Shown here: in pieces, positions 51,669-61,351 of the stretch
Position numbering within the stretch: the first letter of the stretch is position 1
Layout: every line of letters starts with the position of its first letter
IMG/VR virus record: IMGVR_UViG_3300001485_000179
Location: 1,501 to 65,500 of that record
Length of the DNA stretch: 64,000 nucleotides
Reading direction: 5' to 3' (one strand)
From: a virus
Notes under the pieces: model-generated
Told to the model about the DNA's origin: nothing
Databases searched by the model: none
What the model saw: the letters and a program-made list of their open reading frames with translations, nothing else
Made by a program: the position numbers and the translations under genes

Positions 51669-54286
51669 TGTCAATAGCTAGTAGAATTGAATCAATGACT
51701 GAACATTTGACAAATGCTTGGAATAATGTTGACAGTCTAGAATTACATACAAAGAAACTCCCAAAAGAATATACCCAAGTTGATTACATAGAAAGTCATG
51801 GAGAAGAATATATTGATACAGGTGTTAATGCTGATAATAATTTAAGAGTTGTTTTAGATTTTGCTTATACTAGTATATCGTTATCAAATCAAAATATAGG
51901 TGCAATAAGACTAGAATCTGGAAATAATGCACGATATCATATATTATTAGGTGGAAGTCCTACAACTAATAGAACAAGAGTATTTGTTAATGATAATGGA
52001 TATTGGGCTATTGACGATGATACTAATAGGCATTTATATGATATTAACCCATTGATTGGGCAAGTGTTAATTGATAATACTAGTTACACTATACCATCTA
52101 ATATTAAAGATGTAGGTTTAAACTTTTGGTTATTTGGTAGAAATTCAACAAGTACAATATATTTATCAAGAGTAAAACAATGGGCTTGTCAAATGTATTA
52201 TGAAAATGAGTTAGTAAGAGATTTTATACCTTGTTATAGAAATTCAGATAACGAAGTAGGTTTATATGATTTAGTAAATGATACATTCTATACTAATCAA
52301 GGTACTGGTGCATTTACTTACGGACAAATACAAGAAGAACATATGGATAGAAACCTAGAAAATCTAAAACTACCACTAAATAGATTTTATAACGAAGTCA
52401 GTGATAAAACCGATATATCTCAAAATGGAGTAGTTGGTAGAACTAGTCAAGAGAGTACTACTGGAGCTAATATAGTTCCTTGTCTAAACATTGAAAGAAC
52501 AATTAACGGTGTCACTTGTACACCACAATCGGATGGTACAATAATCTTAAACGGGACAGCTACAGCACAAATTGTATATCCAATTACAAACAATAGCAGC
52601 ACATCAACTGGTCATGCAATTAGTGTAGAAGCAAATTCGTACAAATTTATATTATATGGAGATACTAATGTATCAAATAATACTTATTTTTTACAAGTTG
52701 GATATTACGCAAGTGATGGTAAAACGGCAAAATTTTATAATTCTATAAATGATACTCCATTAGAAATACCAACAAACCAACAGATTGGGGTAGGTTTAAT
52801 TATAAGACAAGGTCAAAGTTTTAATAACCATATAATCAAACCAATGGGAGTATTATCAACATATACAGGAGGTTTTGAACCATATACAAATGGAGCAAGT
52901 CCTAACCCCGACTACCCACAACCAATTAACAATTTAAGTGATGATGTTCCTTATAAAGTTAGTGGAAAGAATATGTTCGATAAAAATAGTGAAGATATAG
53001 GGCATGTTTATAGTTCAACGGGAAGTTATGACACAAGTGCATTATGGAACACTAGTGATTGGATAAAAGCAAGTAACTATATAACAATTTCTGCTAGTAC
53101 AACTGGAAGTATGAATATATTATTAAGTGAGTTTGATAATTCAAAAACATTTATACAACGTACACAACAACTTGGTACATTAAAAACATACAATTTGAAT
53201 ACAAATACGAAATATGTAAGATTATCGTATAAAAATGATATTGGGATAACTAATATTCAAATAGAACAAGGTTCAACTGCTACAACATATGAACCATACA
53301 TAGAACCACAAACATTTGATATACCATTAAAGAGTAAGAATGTAGTATTAACAAATATTAATGATTGGGAAAGTGGCCAATATAATATTAATGGTCCAAA
53401 ACAAGATATGGCTTCAAGAATAAGACTGAAAGACTTATTGCCTATTAAACCTAATACAAAATATTATTTTGATACATTTGATACAACTGAATTTAGCTTA
53501 ATACATAATTTCTTTATTAGAGAATGTAATAAAAATGGAGATTTTATTAATAATGCAGGAACTATAAATAATCAAGGAACTTTTACAACAAGAAATGACA
53601 CTTATTATTTAATGGTTACAATAGGTACATCTAATACTACAAGTGGAGAAATATTTGAAAACTATCAAACTTATTTTAATGAAGGAAAAATAAAACCATT
53701 TATTTGTTTAGATAGTGAAATAGATAAATCATATGAACCATACTATGATATAGAACTATGCAACATAGATACATACGAAGATAAAATTTATTCTAGTAAT
53801 GGTAGGTTTTATTTGAATAAAAACATTAAAAAACATTTATTTACCACTAGTGATAATATTGCAAAAGGGGGTTCATCAACTGATGGTTATGCTAGATGCG
53901 GATGGGGTTCAAGTTCTGAAATAGCTACTTCTGATTTTGATAAAATACTTGTTAAATGTAATAAATTTTTAGGAATGTCTCAAAACAATAACGGTCAATC
54001 ATTAACTGGAGAACATTGGTATTGTTCATTAAGTAATACCGATAAATACAACATTATGTTTAGATGTGGAGATACTGAATACACGAGAGATACTTTTCCT
54101 GAATTTATTAAAAACAATGAAATTATAGTATATTATCCATTAAAAGAACCAACAACAACTGAAATAGCACAAGAAAACTACCCATCATTATATAATGCAC
54201 TTAAGCAAATCCAAGATTACTTAACTGCTTACAAAATAAACAAAGAATTTATATTAGGATATAGTAGTCCTGAGATTGAATATTAG
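51668..54286 (+). CDS. Putative receptor-binding/tail fibre protein
   Basis: Lectin-like YIES..YIDTG module; SPNPDYPQPI; repeated YEPY motifs. Confidence 0.7.
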   Translation: MSIASRIESMTEHLTNAWNNVDSLELHTKKLPKEYTQVDYIESHGEEYIDTGVNADNNLRVVLDFAYTSISLSNQNIGAIRLESGNNARYHILLGGSPTTNRTRVFVNDNGYWAIDDDTNRHLYDINPLIGQVLIDNTSYTIPSNIKDVGLNFWLFGRNSTSTIYLSRVKQWACQMYYENELVRDFIPCYRNSDNEVGLYDLVNDTFYTNQGTGAFTYGQIQEEHMDRNLENLKLPLNRFYNEVSDKTDISQNGVVGRTSQESTTGANIVPCLNIERTINGVTCTPQSDGTIILNGTATAQIVYPITNNSSTSTGHAISVEANSYKFILYGDTNVSNNTYFLQVGYYASDGKTAKFYNSINDTPLEIPTNQQIGVGLIIRQGQSFNNHIIKPMGVLSTYTGGFEPYTNGASPNPDYPQPINNLSDDVPYKVSGKNMFDKNSEDIGHVYSSTGSYDTSALWNTSDWIKASNYITISASTTGSMNILLSEFDNSKTFIQRTQQLGTLKTYNLNTNTKYVRLSYKNDIGITNIQIEQGSTATTYEPYIEPQTFDIPLKSKNVVLTNINDWESGQYNINGPKQDMASRIRLKDLLPIKPNTKYYFDTFDTTEFSLIHNFFIRECNKNGDFINNAGTINNQGTFTTRNDTYYLMVTIGTSNTTSGEIFENYQTYFNEGKIKPFICLDSEIDKSYEPYYDIELCNIDTYEDKIYSSNGRFYLNKNIKKHLFTTSDNIAKGGSSTDGYARCGWGSSSEIATSDFDKILVKCNKFLGMSQNNNGQSLTGEHWYCSLSNTDKYNIMFRCGDTEYTRDTFPEFIKNNEIIVYYPLKEPTTTEIAQENYPSLYNALKQIQDYLTAYKINKEFILGYSSPEIEY

Positions 54287-54301
54287 GAGGAGGTGATAAA
54301 T

Positions 54302-54562
54302 ATGAATGAAGATAATAAAAGCATGATGAATGAAATACAAGATGTTATAAATAAATATAAAGACGCCTCTTCTAAAAAAGATGAGGTAAAACTCGATGCT
54401 CAGTTATTTAATGGTTTTCAACCAATTTATGATGATCATAGTTGGACATTAATTATATTAGCTTTAGCATTACTTAACAATGAACCTGAAAAACAGGAAC
54501 AACCTGTAATTAATATTTATTTAAATACTGATAGTAAACAGGAGGTTAAAAATGGAAACTAA
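54302..54562 (+). CDS. Hypothetical protein with one hydrophobic stretch
   Basis: GGAGG RBS; WTLIILALALL. Confidence 0.55.
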   Translation: MNEDNKSMMNEIQDVINKYKDASSKKDEVKLDAQLFNGFQPIYDDHSWTLIILALALLNNEPEKQEQPVINIYLNTDSKQEVKNGN

Positions 54563-54842
54563 AGATTTCGAAATAAAAGTATTAACCGAACTAGCCAGTA
54601 TTAAAGAAATGATTAAAGATTATGGTAGAGTAAAAGATGACGCTAGCGAGGCACTGACTTTATCAAGACAAAATAAAGAAGATATATCTGAAATGAAGCA
54701 ACAAATGGAAATAATAAAAGCAAATCAATCAGCTCAAACAGAGAAGAAAGGTGCTAAATGGGATAAACTTATAGATTATATATTTTATGCTTTCATAGCA
54801 ATACTTCTCGGTTTGTTAGTTGCTAAATTAGGATTAAAATAA
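54552..54842 (+). CDS. Coiled-coil protein with C-terminal TM (XhlA/holin-associated type)
   Basis: Coiled coil followed by YIFYAFIAILLGLLV; in lysis region. Confidence 0.6.
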   Translation: METKDFEIKVLTELASIKEMIKDYGRVKDDASEALTLSRQNKEDISEMKQQMEIIKANQSAQTEKKGAKWDKLIDYIFYAFIAILLGLLVAKLGLK

Positions 54843-54854
54843 GGAGATGATTAA

Positions 54855-55109
54855 ATGACAACTGAATATTTAGTTGCTCTAGTTACAGTTATTGTAGAAA
54901 TAGCAATGGGTTATATAACTAAAAAGAACCCTAAAATAAAAAATGAATTAATACCTATTCAAAATTTATTAATAGGTGCTATTGTAGCAACAATTGAATT
55001 TATCATCACAAAAGATTTCAAAATAGCTATAGCTGCTAGTGGTTTATTAGCAGGTGGAATATACGATATAGTTCATAATTTAAGAAAAATTAAGGAAGGA
55101 GGAAAATAA
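54855..55109 (+). CDS. Holin
   Basis: 84 aa, 2-3 TM segments, KNELIP, GLLAGGIYD; upstream of endolysin. Confidence 0.8.
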   Translation: MTTEYLVALVTVIVEIAMGYITKKNPKIKNELIPIQNLLIGAIVATIEFIITKDFKIAIAASGLLAGGIYDIVHNLRKIKEGGK

Positions 55110-55110
55110 T

Positions 55111-55269
55111 ATGACTACATTAACTAAAGAAGAAATGGAACAATTAGAAAAAGAATGTCCTATGGTTGATGTTGGATTTGATCCAGAAGAAATCGATGGT
55201 AGAGGCGTTATCGAAGAAGATGATACTGAAACAGTAGAAGTAGAAGAAACAGAAGAAGAGGCTGAGTAA
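55111..55269 (+). CDS. 52-aa very acidic protein between holin and endolysin; absent from ORF track
   Basis: GGAGG RBS; MTTLTKEEMEQLEKECPMVDVGFDPEE...EEEAE. Confidence 0.7.
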   Translation: MTTLTKEEMEQLEKECPMVDVGFDPEEIDGRGVIEEDDTETVEVEETEEEAE

Positions 55270-55270
55270 T

Positions 55271-56149
55271 ATGAAAGTTATAGAAAGATTAGCCCCTGCG
55301 GATGGGTACGGAAGAACTGGAGGACCTTTATGGGGATTCCGAGGTATTACCGTTCATAATACATCAAATTGGAGTAAGGGTGCAGATGCTATGGCCCATG
55401 CTAATCTATTAAGAAATGGATGGAAATACAAATATATTTCTTGGCATTATGTAGTAGATGAAAATTATGCTATACGATGTGTACCAGAAAATGAAACAGC
55501 ATGGTGTGCTGGAGATGGTAATGGTGACGGTAATAGAAAGACTATAAACATCGAAATTTGTGATAATGCAGATGGTGATAGTTTTAGAGCTACTGAAAAT
55601 GCTGCTCAATTATGTGCAGATATTCTAAAAAGAAGAGGAATTACAGATGCTTCAAAATACCTATTCCAACATTATAATTGGACAAAAAAAGATTGTCCTT
55701 GGGATATTAGAAGAAATAATCCATACGATTGGAATACGTTTGTAGACAGTGTTCAAAGAAAACTTAATGGTGAATCTGTTATTGCAGTTGACCAAGTTCT
55801 TGAAGCTGGTTCAAAATGTGTATTAAATGGTATATTTAATGTTGATGAGATACTTACACCAAATGATAAGTATAAGAATGGAGCATTAGGATGCTATGCA
55901 TTATGTTATGGAAGCCCAGTTGGTAACAATGATTGGATTCCTCTTGACTTTATTGCTAAATTAGATAGAAATAAAGACAGAGCTGACTATGACGCTGTTA
56001 TTAAAGTAAATGATAAATTTATGTGCGATAAAATATTTACTGTTAAAGCAGTTGAAGCTCCTACTAAATTTACACCAAACGGAGTAGCAATAATCGAAAA
56101 TGATGGTGTAGAATTTAGAATTGATTGTGGACCTTTATACGAAATTTAA
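55271..56149 (+). CDS. Endolysin, N-acetylmuramoyl-L-alanine amidase (Amidase_2)
   Basis: ITVHNT, SWHYVVD, AWCAGDG, INIEIC, QHY..K.CP. Confidence 0.9.
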   Translation: MKVIERLAPADGYGRTGGPLWGFRGITVHNTSNWSKGADAMAHANLLRNGWKYKYISWHYVVDENYAIRCVPENETAWCAGDGNGDGNRKTINIEICDNADGDSFRATENAAQLCADILKRRGITDASKYLFQHYNWTKKDCPWDIRRNNPYDWNTFVDSVQRKLNGESVIAVDQVLEAGSKCVLNGIFNVDEILTPNDKYKNGALGCYALCYGSPVGNNDWIPLDFIAKLDRNKDRADYDAVIKVNDKFMCDKIFTVKAVEAPTKFTPNGVAIIENDGVEFRIDCGPLYEI

Positions 56150-56170
56150 CAACGAAAGGAGTTGATGTGT

Positions 56171-56677
56171 ATGTATAATGGATACAACCCTAACTATAAC
56201 AATCCATACTACAACCCCAATTATAACATACAACCTTCATACGGACCTCAGTCCTATGGAACAACTAAACCAACCGATAACCAACTAGGTCAACAATCTA
56301 TGAATGCTTTTCAACAACCTCAAATATTACAAGGTAAACAAGTTGAGAGTATTGATATTGTAAAAAATATTGAAATACCTATGGACGGATCTATCAGTTA
56401 TTTTCCAGTAGCTGATGGGTCTGCCATTGTTTCTAAACAATTACAAACAGACGGTACTTCAAAAATACAAATTTATAAATTATCGAAAGATACAAAAGAA
56501 GATTTAAAATATGTAACTCAAGAAGAATTGAGAACCATATTATCAGACAATCTTAGAAACGATGCAGAATACATAACTCATGATGATTTAAAAGACGCTT
56601 TAAAAGGATTGCATTTAAATGATATTGAAGACGAACTAAAAGATATCAAAAAGCAACTTAAGAAAAAGGGTGATTAA
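56171..56677 (+). CDS. Module gene 1: Asn/Tyr/Pro/Gln-rich N-terminus plus conserved domain
   Basis: YNPNY repeats; IPMDGS.SYFP..SKQLQTDG; YVTQEEL. Confidence 0.75.
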   Translation: MYNGYNPNYNNPYYNPNYNIQPSYGPQSYGTTKPTDNQLGQQSMNAFQQPQILQGKQVESIDIVKNIEIPMDGSISYFPVADGSAIVSKQLQTDGTSKIQIYKLSKDTKEDLKYVTQEELRTILSDNLRNDAEYITHDDLKDALKGLHLNDIEDELKDIKKQLKKKGD

Positions 56678-56679
56678 TT

Positions 56680-56907
56680 TTGAACAGCATGATGGACTTT
56701 ATCAAGGGTATGCTTGGTAAGATGAACCCACAACAAATTGTAATGAATATGATAAAAAATAATTCTAATCCAATTATAGCAAATCTAATATCTATGGCTC
56801 AGCAAGGTAACACTGCTGGTGTAGAGAATTTTGCTAGAAATTATTTAAAAGAAAACGGTAAGGATTATGATAGCGAGTTTTCTAATTTCATGAATAACTT
56901 CAAGTAA
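56680..56907 (+). CDS. Module gene 2: small helical Met/Asn-rich protein
   Basis: NPQQIVMNM..NPIIANLISMAQQG..ARN. Confidence 0.7.
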   Translation: MNSMMDFIKGMLGKMNPQQIVMNMIKNNSNPIIANLISMAQQGNTAGVENFARNYLKENGKDYDSEFSNFMNNFK

Positions 56908-56975
56908 AAAATATTTGGTTTTTAATGTAATTCGCGATTCCAAAGAAAAATATATATTTTTTGAAGGGAGTCAAC

Positions 56976-57836
56976 ATGAGAATGGAAGGATACTCATTAA
57001 GTGATATCGCAGCCGCAACAGGAAATAACGGAAATAATAACGGCTTCGGTAATGGAGACGGTGCATGGTTAATTATACTATTCTTAATATTTGCCATGGG
57101 CTTTGGCCGTAACGGAAACGGCGGATTCTTTGGTGGAAATGGAGGTAACGGATACCCAACACCACTTTACATCAACAATTCCGACACAAATAGTTACGGA
57201 GGTGGAAACGCTTGTCAAAGAGGTTTCGACCAATTAGCTATTACTAGCGGTATTACAAATTTAGGTAATGCTATTACTACAGGTTTTAACAACCAAGCTG
57301 TATCACAATGTAATCAAACAACAGAATTATTAGGAGCAATTAACAACGACAGATTTGATACTGTAAATGCTATAACATCTACTGGATATGCTCTAAATAA
57401 TACTATGATGGCTAATGAAATGGCTAGACAACAATGTTGCTGTGATACAAAACAATCTATCGCTGATTTAAGAGCAACAATAATCAGTGAAAATTGTGCT
57501 GACAGACAAGCATTAAACGAAGGTGTTAGAGATATATTAGCAAATCAAACAGCTTCAGTACAACGCATATTAGATCAAATGTGCTCTGACAAAATCGATT
57601 CTAAAAATGAGAAGATTGCAGAACTACAACGAGAAATATCAATGAAAGATTTTCAAGCATCTCAAAATGCTCAAAATGCATATATTGCACAAGGCTTCGC
57701 AAGTGAAGTAGATGCATTATATAATAGATTGAACAATTGTCCTGTTCCATCAACTCCAGTGTACGGTAGAACACCAATCTTTACATGCAATGGTGGTTGT
57801 GGATGCAACAACGGTTATAACGGATTTATCCAATAA
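56976..57836 (+). CDS. Module gene 3: Gly/Asn-rich, TM-bearing, coiled-coil, Cys-tailed protein
   Basis: YSLSDIAAAT, GDGAWLIILFLIFAMG, QQCCCDT, coiled coil, CNGGCGC. Confidence 0.8.
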   Translation: MRMEGYSLSDIAAATGNNGNNNGFGNGDGAWLIILFLIFAMGFGRNGNGGFFGGNGGNGYPTPLYINNSDTNSYGGGNACQRGFDQLAITSGITNLGNAITTGFNNQAVSQCNQTTELLGAINNDRFDTVNAITSTGYALNNTMMANEMARQQCCCDTKQSIADLRATIISENCADRQALNEGVRDILANQTASVQRILDQMCSDKIDSKNEKIAELQREISMKDFQASQNAQNAYIAQGFASEVDALYNRLNNCPVPSTPVYGRTPIFTCNGGCGCNNGYNGFIQ

Positions 57837-57852
57837 TATAACCAAAATATGT

Positions 57853-57878
57853 AGAGGTAATTAATTTTACCTCTTTTT
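57853..57878 (+). terminator. Intrinsic terminator
   Basis: AGAGGTAA/TTACCTCT plus T-run. Confidence 0.75.
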
Positions 57879-57905
57879 ATATTTTAATAGAAAGGACGAA
57901 GATAC

Positions 57906-58409
57906 ATGATTCAATCAATACAAGAAGCACCTATTACTTTAGCTAGTAATACTGCTAAAATTGTCTTTGACGAAGTCGATGAGCGTAGCGAGAGTGCATC
58001 TCCCTGCGGATGGCTATGTCATCAAGTAGGTAGCCCTTTATATCAATTATTAGGGAATGGCGGATGTCCTTGCAACAGTAATAATGTAAAGAAATTTGAA
58101 GTAAGCTTTAATGCAAATGTTAGTGGAGCTACAGCTGGAACACCAGTTGCTATCGCATTATATGAAGACGGTGTAGTAGTACCAGGAACAACTTGCATAG
58201 CTACTATAACTGCTGCAAACGATATCTATAATGTTTCTTTTAATAAAGTTATTTCAGTATGTCCAAGAACAAATACAACAATAAGTGTTGGAAGTGTTGA
58301 TTCTATACCAAATTTAGCTGATCCTACAGCTGCTGGTATTGAAACACAAGCTCCAACATTATTAAATGCAAACTTTGTTATTTTGGAGTACAAAAATGCA
58401 AGAAGATAA
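57906..58409 (+). CDS. Module gene 4: beta-rich protein (C1q/BclA-CTD-like fold suspected)
   Basis: FEVSFNANV, VAIALYEDG, NVSF, NANFVI. Confidence 0.7.
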   Translation: MIQSIQEAPITLASNTAKIVFDEVDERSESASPCGWLCHQVGSPLYQLLGNGGCPCNSNNVKKFEVSFNANVSGATAGTPVAIALYEDGVVVPGTTCIATITAANDIYNVSFNKVISVCPRTNTTISVGSVDSIPNLADPTAAGIETQAPTLLNANFVILEYKNARR

Positions 58410-58905
58410 TAAAGAAGAAAAGAACATACTAGAAACAATATCTTGTGATCTTGAAAAAATAATGACAGGCTTACAAGAACAGAAGATAAGTAAAGAAAAT
58501 GTCGACTATTTGTATAAATTAGAAGACATTCACAAAGATATAGCTAATGAATTTTATTGGAAGGAGAAAATGGATAATATGAGATATATGAATTTCAGTA
58601 GTGGAAGTCGCTATAACGACGGTTATGGAAGACGAAGCAGAGACAGCAGAGGAAGATACATGGAATCAAGCGGATACGGACGTCAATACCGTGGTGAAGA
58701 ATATCTAATGGATATGCAAGACCAATACGGTGATTATTCTTACGGACGTGAAAAGTATGGACACGACAGTTCAAAAACATTAGACAGTCTTGACGCTATG
58801 TTAGAATCAGCAAAAGACTTCTTCAAACATCTTATGCGTAATGCTAAGAGCCAAGAAGAAGCTGAAATGATTAAAGAAACAGCAAGAGAAATATCTGAAA
58901 TGTAA
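58396..58905 (+). CDS. Module gene 5: helical protein with RRSRDSRGRY motif
   Basis: LYKLEDIHKDI, Arg/Tyr/Gly-rich linker. Confidence 0.75.
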   Translation: MQEDNKEEKNILETISCDLEKIMTGLQEQKISKENVDYLYKLEDIHKDIANEFYWKEKMDNMRYMNFSSGSRYNDGYGRRSRDSRGRYMESSGYGRQYRGEEYLMDMQDQYGDYSYGREKYGHDSSKTLDSLDAMLESAKDFFKHLMRNAKSQEEAEMIKETAREISEM

Positions 58906-58907
58906 TT

Positions 58908-59267
58908 ATGGGATACCGATATTTAAACAAAAATGTCCTAGGCAGATTTGAAGAGGACTGTACTGTTAGGGCTATTTCATGTGCAACTAATAGAAGTTGG
59001 GATTATGTTTATGAATATCTCAGCGATGCTGCACAAGCAAATGGCACTATGATGGATAATAGGGAATTTATTATAGACTTCTTAGATTCACGATACGAAC
59101 GAGTTCCTGATATCTATGGTACAGTCGGAGAAGTATCAAAAGAATTTCTAAATAATGTTATTCTTATAACTATGAATGGTCATATAACTTGTTCTAAATA
59201 TGGTATAATTTATGATACTTTTGACCCTAGAGATAGGGAAGCTGAATTTGTCTGGATAGTTGAATGA
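58908..59267 (+). CDS. Module gene 6: possible Cys-His-Asp (papain/C39-like) fold protein
   Basis: DCTVRAIS, GHITC, IYDTFD. Confidence 0.6.
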   Translation: MGYRYLNKNVLGRFEEDCTVRAISCATNRSWDYVYEYLSDAAQANGTMMDNREFIIDFLDSRYERVPDIYGTVGEVSKEFLNNVILITMNGHITCSKYGIIYDTFDPRDREAEFVWIVE

Positions 59268-59274
59268 TATTATT

Positions 59275-59305
59275 GAGGGTGGTATAGAAATATATCACTC
59301 TCTTT
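59275..59305 (+). terminator. Intrinsic terminator ending the late region
   Basis: GAGGGTGGTATA-GAAA-TATATCACTCTC hairpin followed by ttt. Confidence 0.75.
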
Positions 59306-59374
59306 ATATTATTAACATATCCTTTTATTTTTCGCGTTAATTACAGGGCTTATAATGAGAGGAGAGATAAATAT

Positions 59375-59635
59375 ATGTTATTTATAATATTAAGAACAAT
59401 AATTAGTTTTATATTAGGATTTGAATGGTGTGTAGCTATAAAAAATTGTAAGGAGTTGTTAAATGCTAAAACTTGGGATGAATATAATGAATTAATAGAT
59501 CAAGGAGAGTTAGAAGCAAAAGAAACAAATATTCTTGTGATTATATTTAGAGTTATCACTAGATTACCTATATCGCTAATTATGATGCCAATATTAGGTG
59601 TTCATGTATTTAAATTAAAAAGAGAATCTAAATAA
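59375..59635 (+). CDS. Small membrane protein (cassette)
   Basis: Two hydrophobic segments; own promoter and RBS. Confidence 0.75.
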   Translation: MLFIILRTIISFILGFEWCVAIKNCKELLNAKTWDEYNELIDQGELEAKETNILVIIFRVITRLPISLIMMPILGVHVFKLKRESK

Positions 59636-59691
59636 GGTTCTTTTCTTTTTTCGCTTAATAATCACGTCTTATAATGAGAGGAGAGATATAA

Positions 59692-59865
59692 ATGAAAGAT
59701 ACTAAATTATTAGTCATCGTTGAGGCTAGTTGTTTATATTTAGCTACTAAATCAATAATTAGTTTATGTAAAAGTTATTACAATAAAGGCTATAGAGATG
59801 GAGCTAAAGATATGACTATCGAGTCTATCAAAATAATGACTAAAGATGATAAAGTTGAAGATTAA
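59692..59865 (+). CDS. 57-aa membrane-anchored protein (cassette); absent from ORF track
   Basis: MKDTKLLVIVEASCLYLATK...KVED; own promoter, RBS and terminator. Confidence 0.75.
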   Translation: MKDTKLLVIVEASCLYLATKSIISLCKSYYNKGYRDGAKDMTIESIKIMTKDDKVED

Positions 59866-59925
59866 TAAATCTTCTTTTTATTTTTCGCGTTATTTACAGG
59901 GCTTATAATGAGAGGAGAGATATAA

Positions 59926-60120
59926 ATGGAAATTGGATATTTAGGTAATATATTAATGGAAATTGGAGGTTTGCTACTTGTAGCATCTGGTTGTATAGGC
60001 ATATATTATATAGGCTTATCAACAGGTAAACAAAGAGCAACTGACAATATAAAAGATTTATTACGCAAAAATTCTGATGAAAATGGAATATGTAAAATCC
60101 AAACAAATATTGAGGGTTAA
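59926..60120 (+). CDS. 64-aa membrane protein (cassette)
   Basis: TM IGGLLLVASGCIGIYYIGL. Confidence 0.75.
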   Translation: MEIGYLGNILMEIGGLLLVASGCIGIYYIGLSTGKQRATDNIKDLLRKNSDENGICKIQTNIEG

Positions 60121-60180
60121 ATACCCTTTATATTTTCGCGTAAAAAACATACGATATAATGAGAAAAAGGAGATGATTAT

Positions 60181-60273
60181 ATGTTAATAATTATAGCTTT
60201 AATAGCTGGAACAATTTTAGGAGAAGGATTAGTTCGTTTAGCAGACTTTATTGAAAAGAAAGCTAATAGATAA
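60181..60273 (+). CDS. 30-aa membrane peptide (cassette); absent from ORF track
   Basis: MLIIIALIAGTILGEGLVRLADFIEKKANR; AAGGAG RBS. Confidence 0.65.
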   Translation: MLIIIALIAGTILGEGLVRLADFIEKKANR

Positions 60274-60308
60274 GCCTTTTCTTTTTTATTTTTAAAGGAG
60301 GTGAGCAT

Positions 60309-60551
60309 ATGATATATTTTTTACTTTTCTCATTTGGTTTAATAGTTGGTATACTTGTAATGTCTTTCATGTATAAAAAGCAAACAACATATGGTGAAAT
60401 AAATATAGACCATTATTCAGAACTAATAAGTATATTTGCTGATAAAGACGAATTAAAGAAATTATACAAAAAGAGAGCAATATTCACTATAGACCACAAT
60501 GCAGTAATAGACTATAATGCAGTCGTTTCGCGTGACGAACATATCTTATAA
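60309..60551 (+). CDS. 80-aa membrane-anchored protein
   Basis: AAGGAGGT RBS; N-terminal TM. Confidence 0.75.
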   Translation: MIYFLLFSFGLIVGILVMSFMYKKQTTYGEINIDHYSELISIFADKDELKKLYKKRAIFTIDHNAVIDYNAVVSRDEHIL

Positions 60552-60586
60552 TGAGGAAACTCAAAAATATTTTTAAGGAGGATTAT

Positions 60587-60916
60587 ATGAAAGAAACTAG
60601 AGAAATCTTGCTTGCTGATTATGATGACATAACAGAAAGATTAAAATGTGTTAATAAGGATGATGACGCTTTTGTATCATTATTAAATGACCGAAAGTCA
60701 ATAAGGGACGAATTAGTTAAAATGGAGGAAATAAAATCTGAGAACAAAAGAGACAAAATTCGTAATATTATTACTGTAGGTACATTTACAATAACTAGTA
60801 CATTAAGTGTTTGGGGACTTTTAAGAACATTGAGATTTGATGAAAGTGCCACAATAACAAGCACAGCAGGACGAGGAATAGTATCAGATGTAGTACTTAA
60901 GATGTTCAAGAAGTAA
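60587..60916 (+). CDS. Coiled-coil plus TM protein (cassette)
   Basis: AAGGAGG RBS before MKETRE; FDESATITSTAGR motif. Confidence 0.75.
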   Translation: MKETREILLADYDDITERLKCVNKDDDAFVSLLNDRKSIRDELVKMEEIKSENKRDKIRNIITVGTFTITSTLSVWGLLRTLRFDESATITSTAGRGIVSDVVLKMFKK

Positions 60917-60986
60917 CTCGAATTAGAAGCTTATGCTTCTTTTTTTCGCGTAAAAAACATATGATATAATGAAAGGAGAGATAAAT

Positions 60987-61094
60987 ATGAAAAAAGTATT
61001 CGGAGGAGTTATTATCGGAGGAATTGTTGGTATAATTTTATCAATTATCGGAACAATATTCGGTAAGAAACACGACGATGAAATTGAAGATTAA
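60987..61094 (+). CDS. 35-aa membrane peptide (cassette); absent from ORF track
   Basis: MKKVFGGVIIGGIVGIILSIIGTIFGKKHDDEIED. Confidence 0.7.
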   Translation: MKKVFGGVIIGGIVGIILSIIGTIFGKKHDDEIED

Positions 61095-61150
61095 TAAATC
61101 TTCTTTTTATTTTTCGCGTTTAAAACATGTCATATAATGAGGTGATATGA

Positions 61151-61309
61151 ATGATTTTATTCGCAATTTTATTATTAATTATTATATTATTAGTCGTAGC
61201 TGTAGTAGTTGTAACTAGTATAATTGGAGCTGGTGCAATTATTATATTTGGCGATGTGATAGTATGTATTGTAATTATAGCGTTTTTAATCAAAAAGATA
61301 TTTTTCTAA
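61151..61309 (+). CDS. 52-aa two-TM protein (cassette); absent from ORF track
   Basis: MILFAILLLIIILLVVAVVVV...FGDVIVCIVIIAFLIKKIFF. Confidence 0.7.
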   Translation: MILFAILLLIIILLVVAVVVVTSIIGAGAIIIFGDVIVCIVIIAFLIKKIFF

Positions 61310-61351
61310 ATAGGAGTAACATCCTATTTAATTTTTAATTAAGGAGGTAAC

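Noticed and set aside
44639-52330. Diversity-generating retroelement (TR/VR pair)
   Set aside because: Both copies are coding, differences are not adenine-specific, and no reverse transcriptase is visible in the window
56931-56956. Thirteenth promoter copy (TTCGCG...TATATA)
   Set aside because: Spacing fits, but it lacks the conserved CA and TATAATGA; not counted
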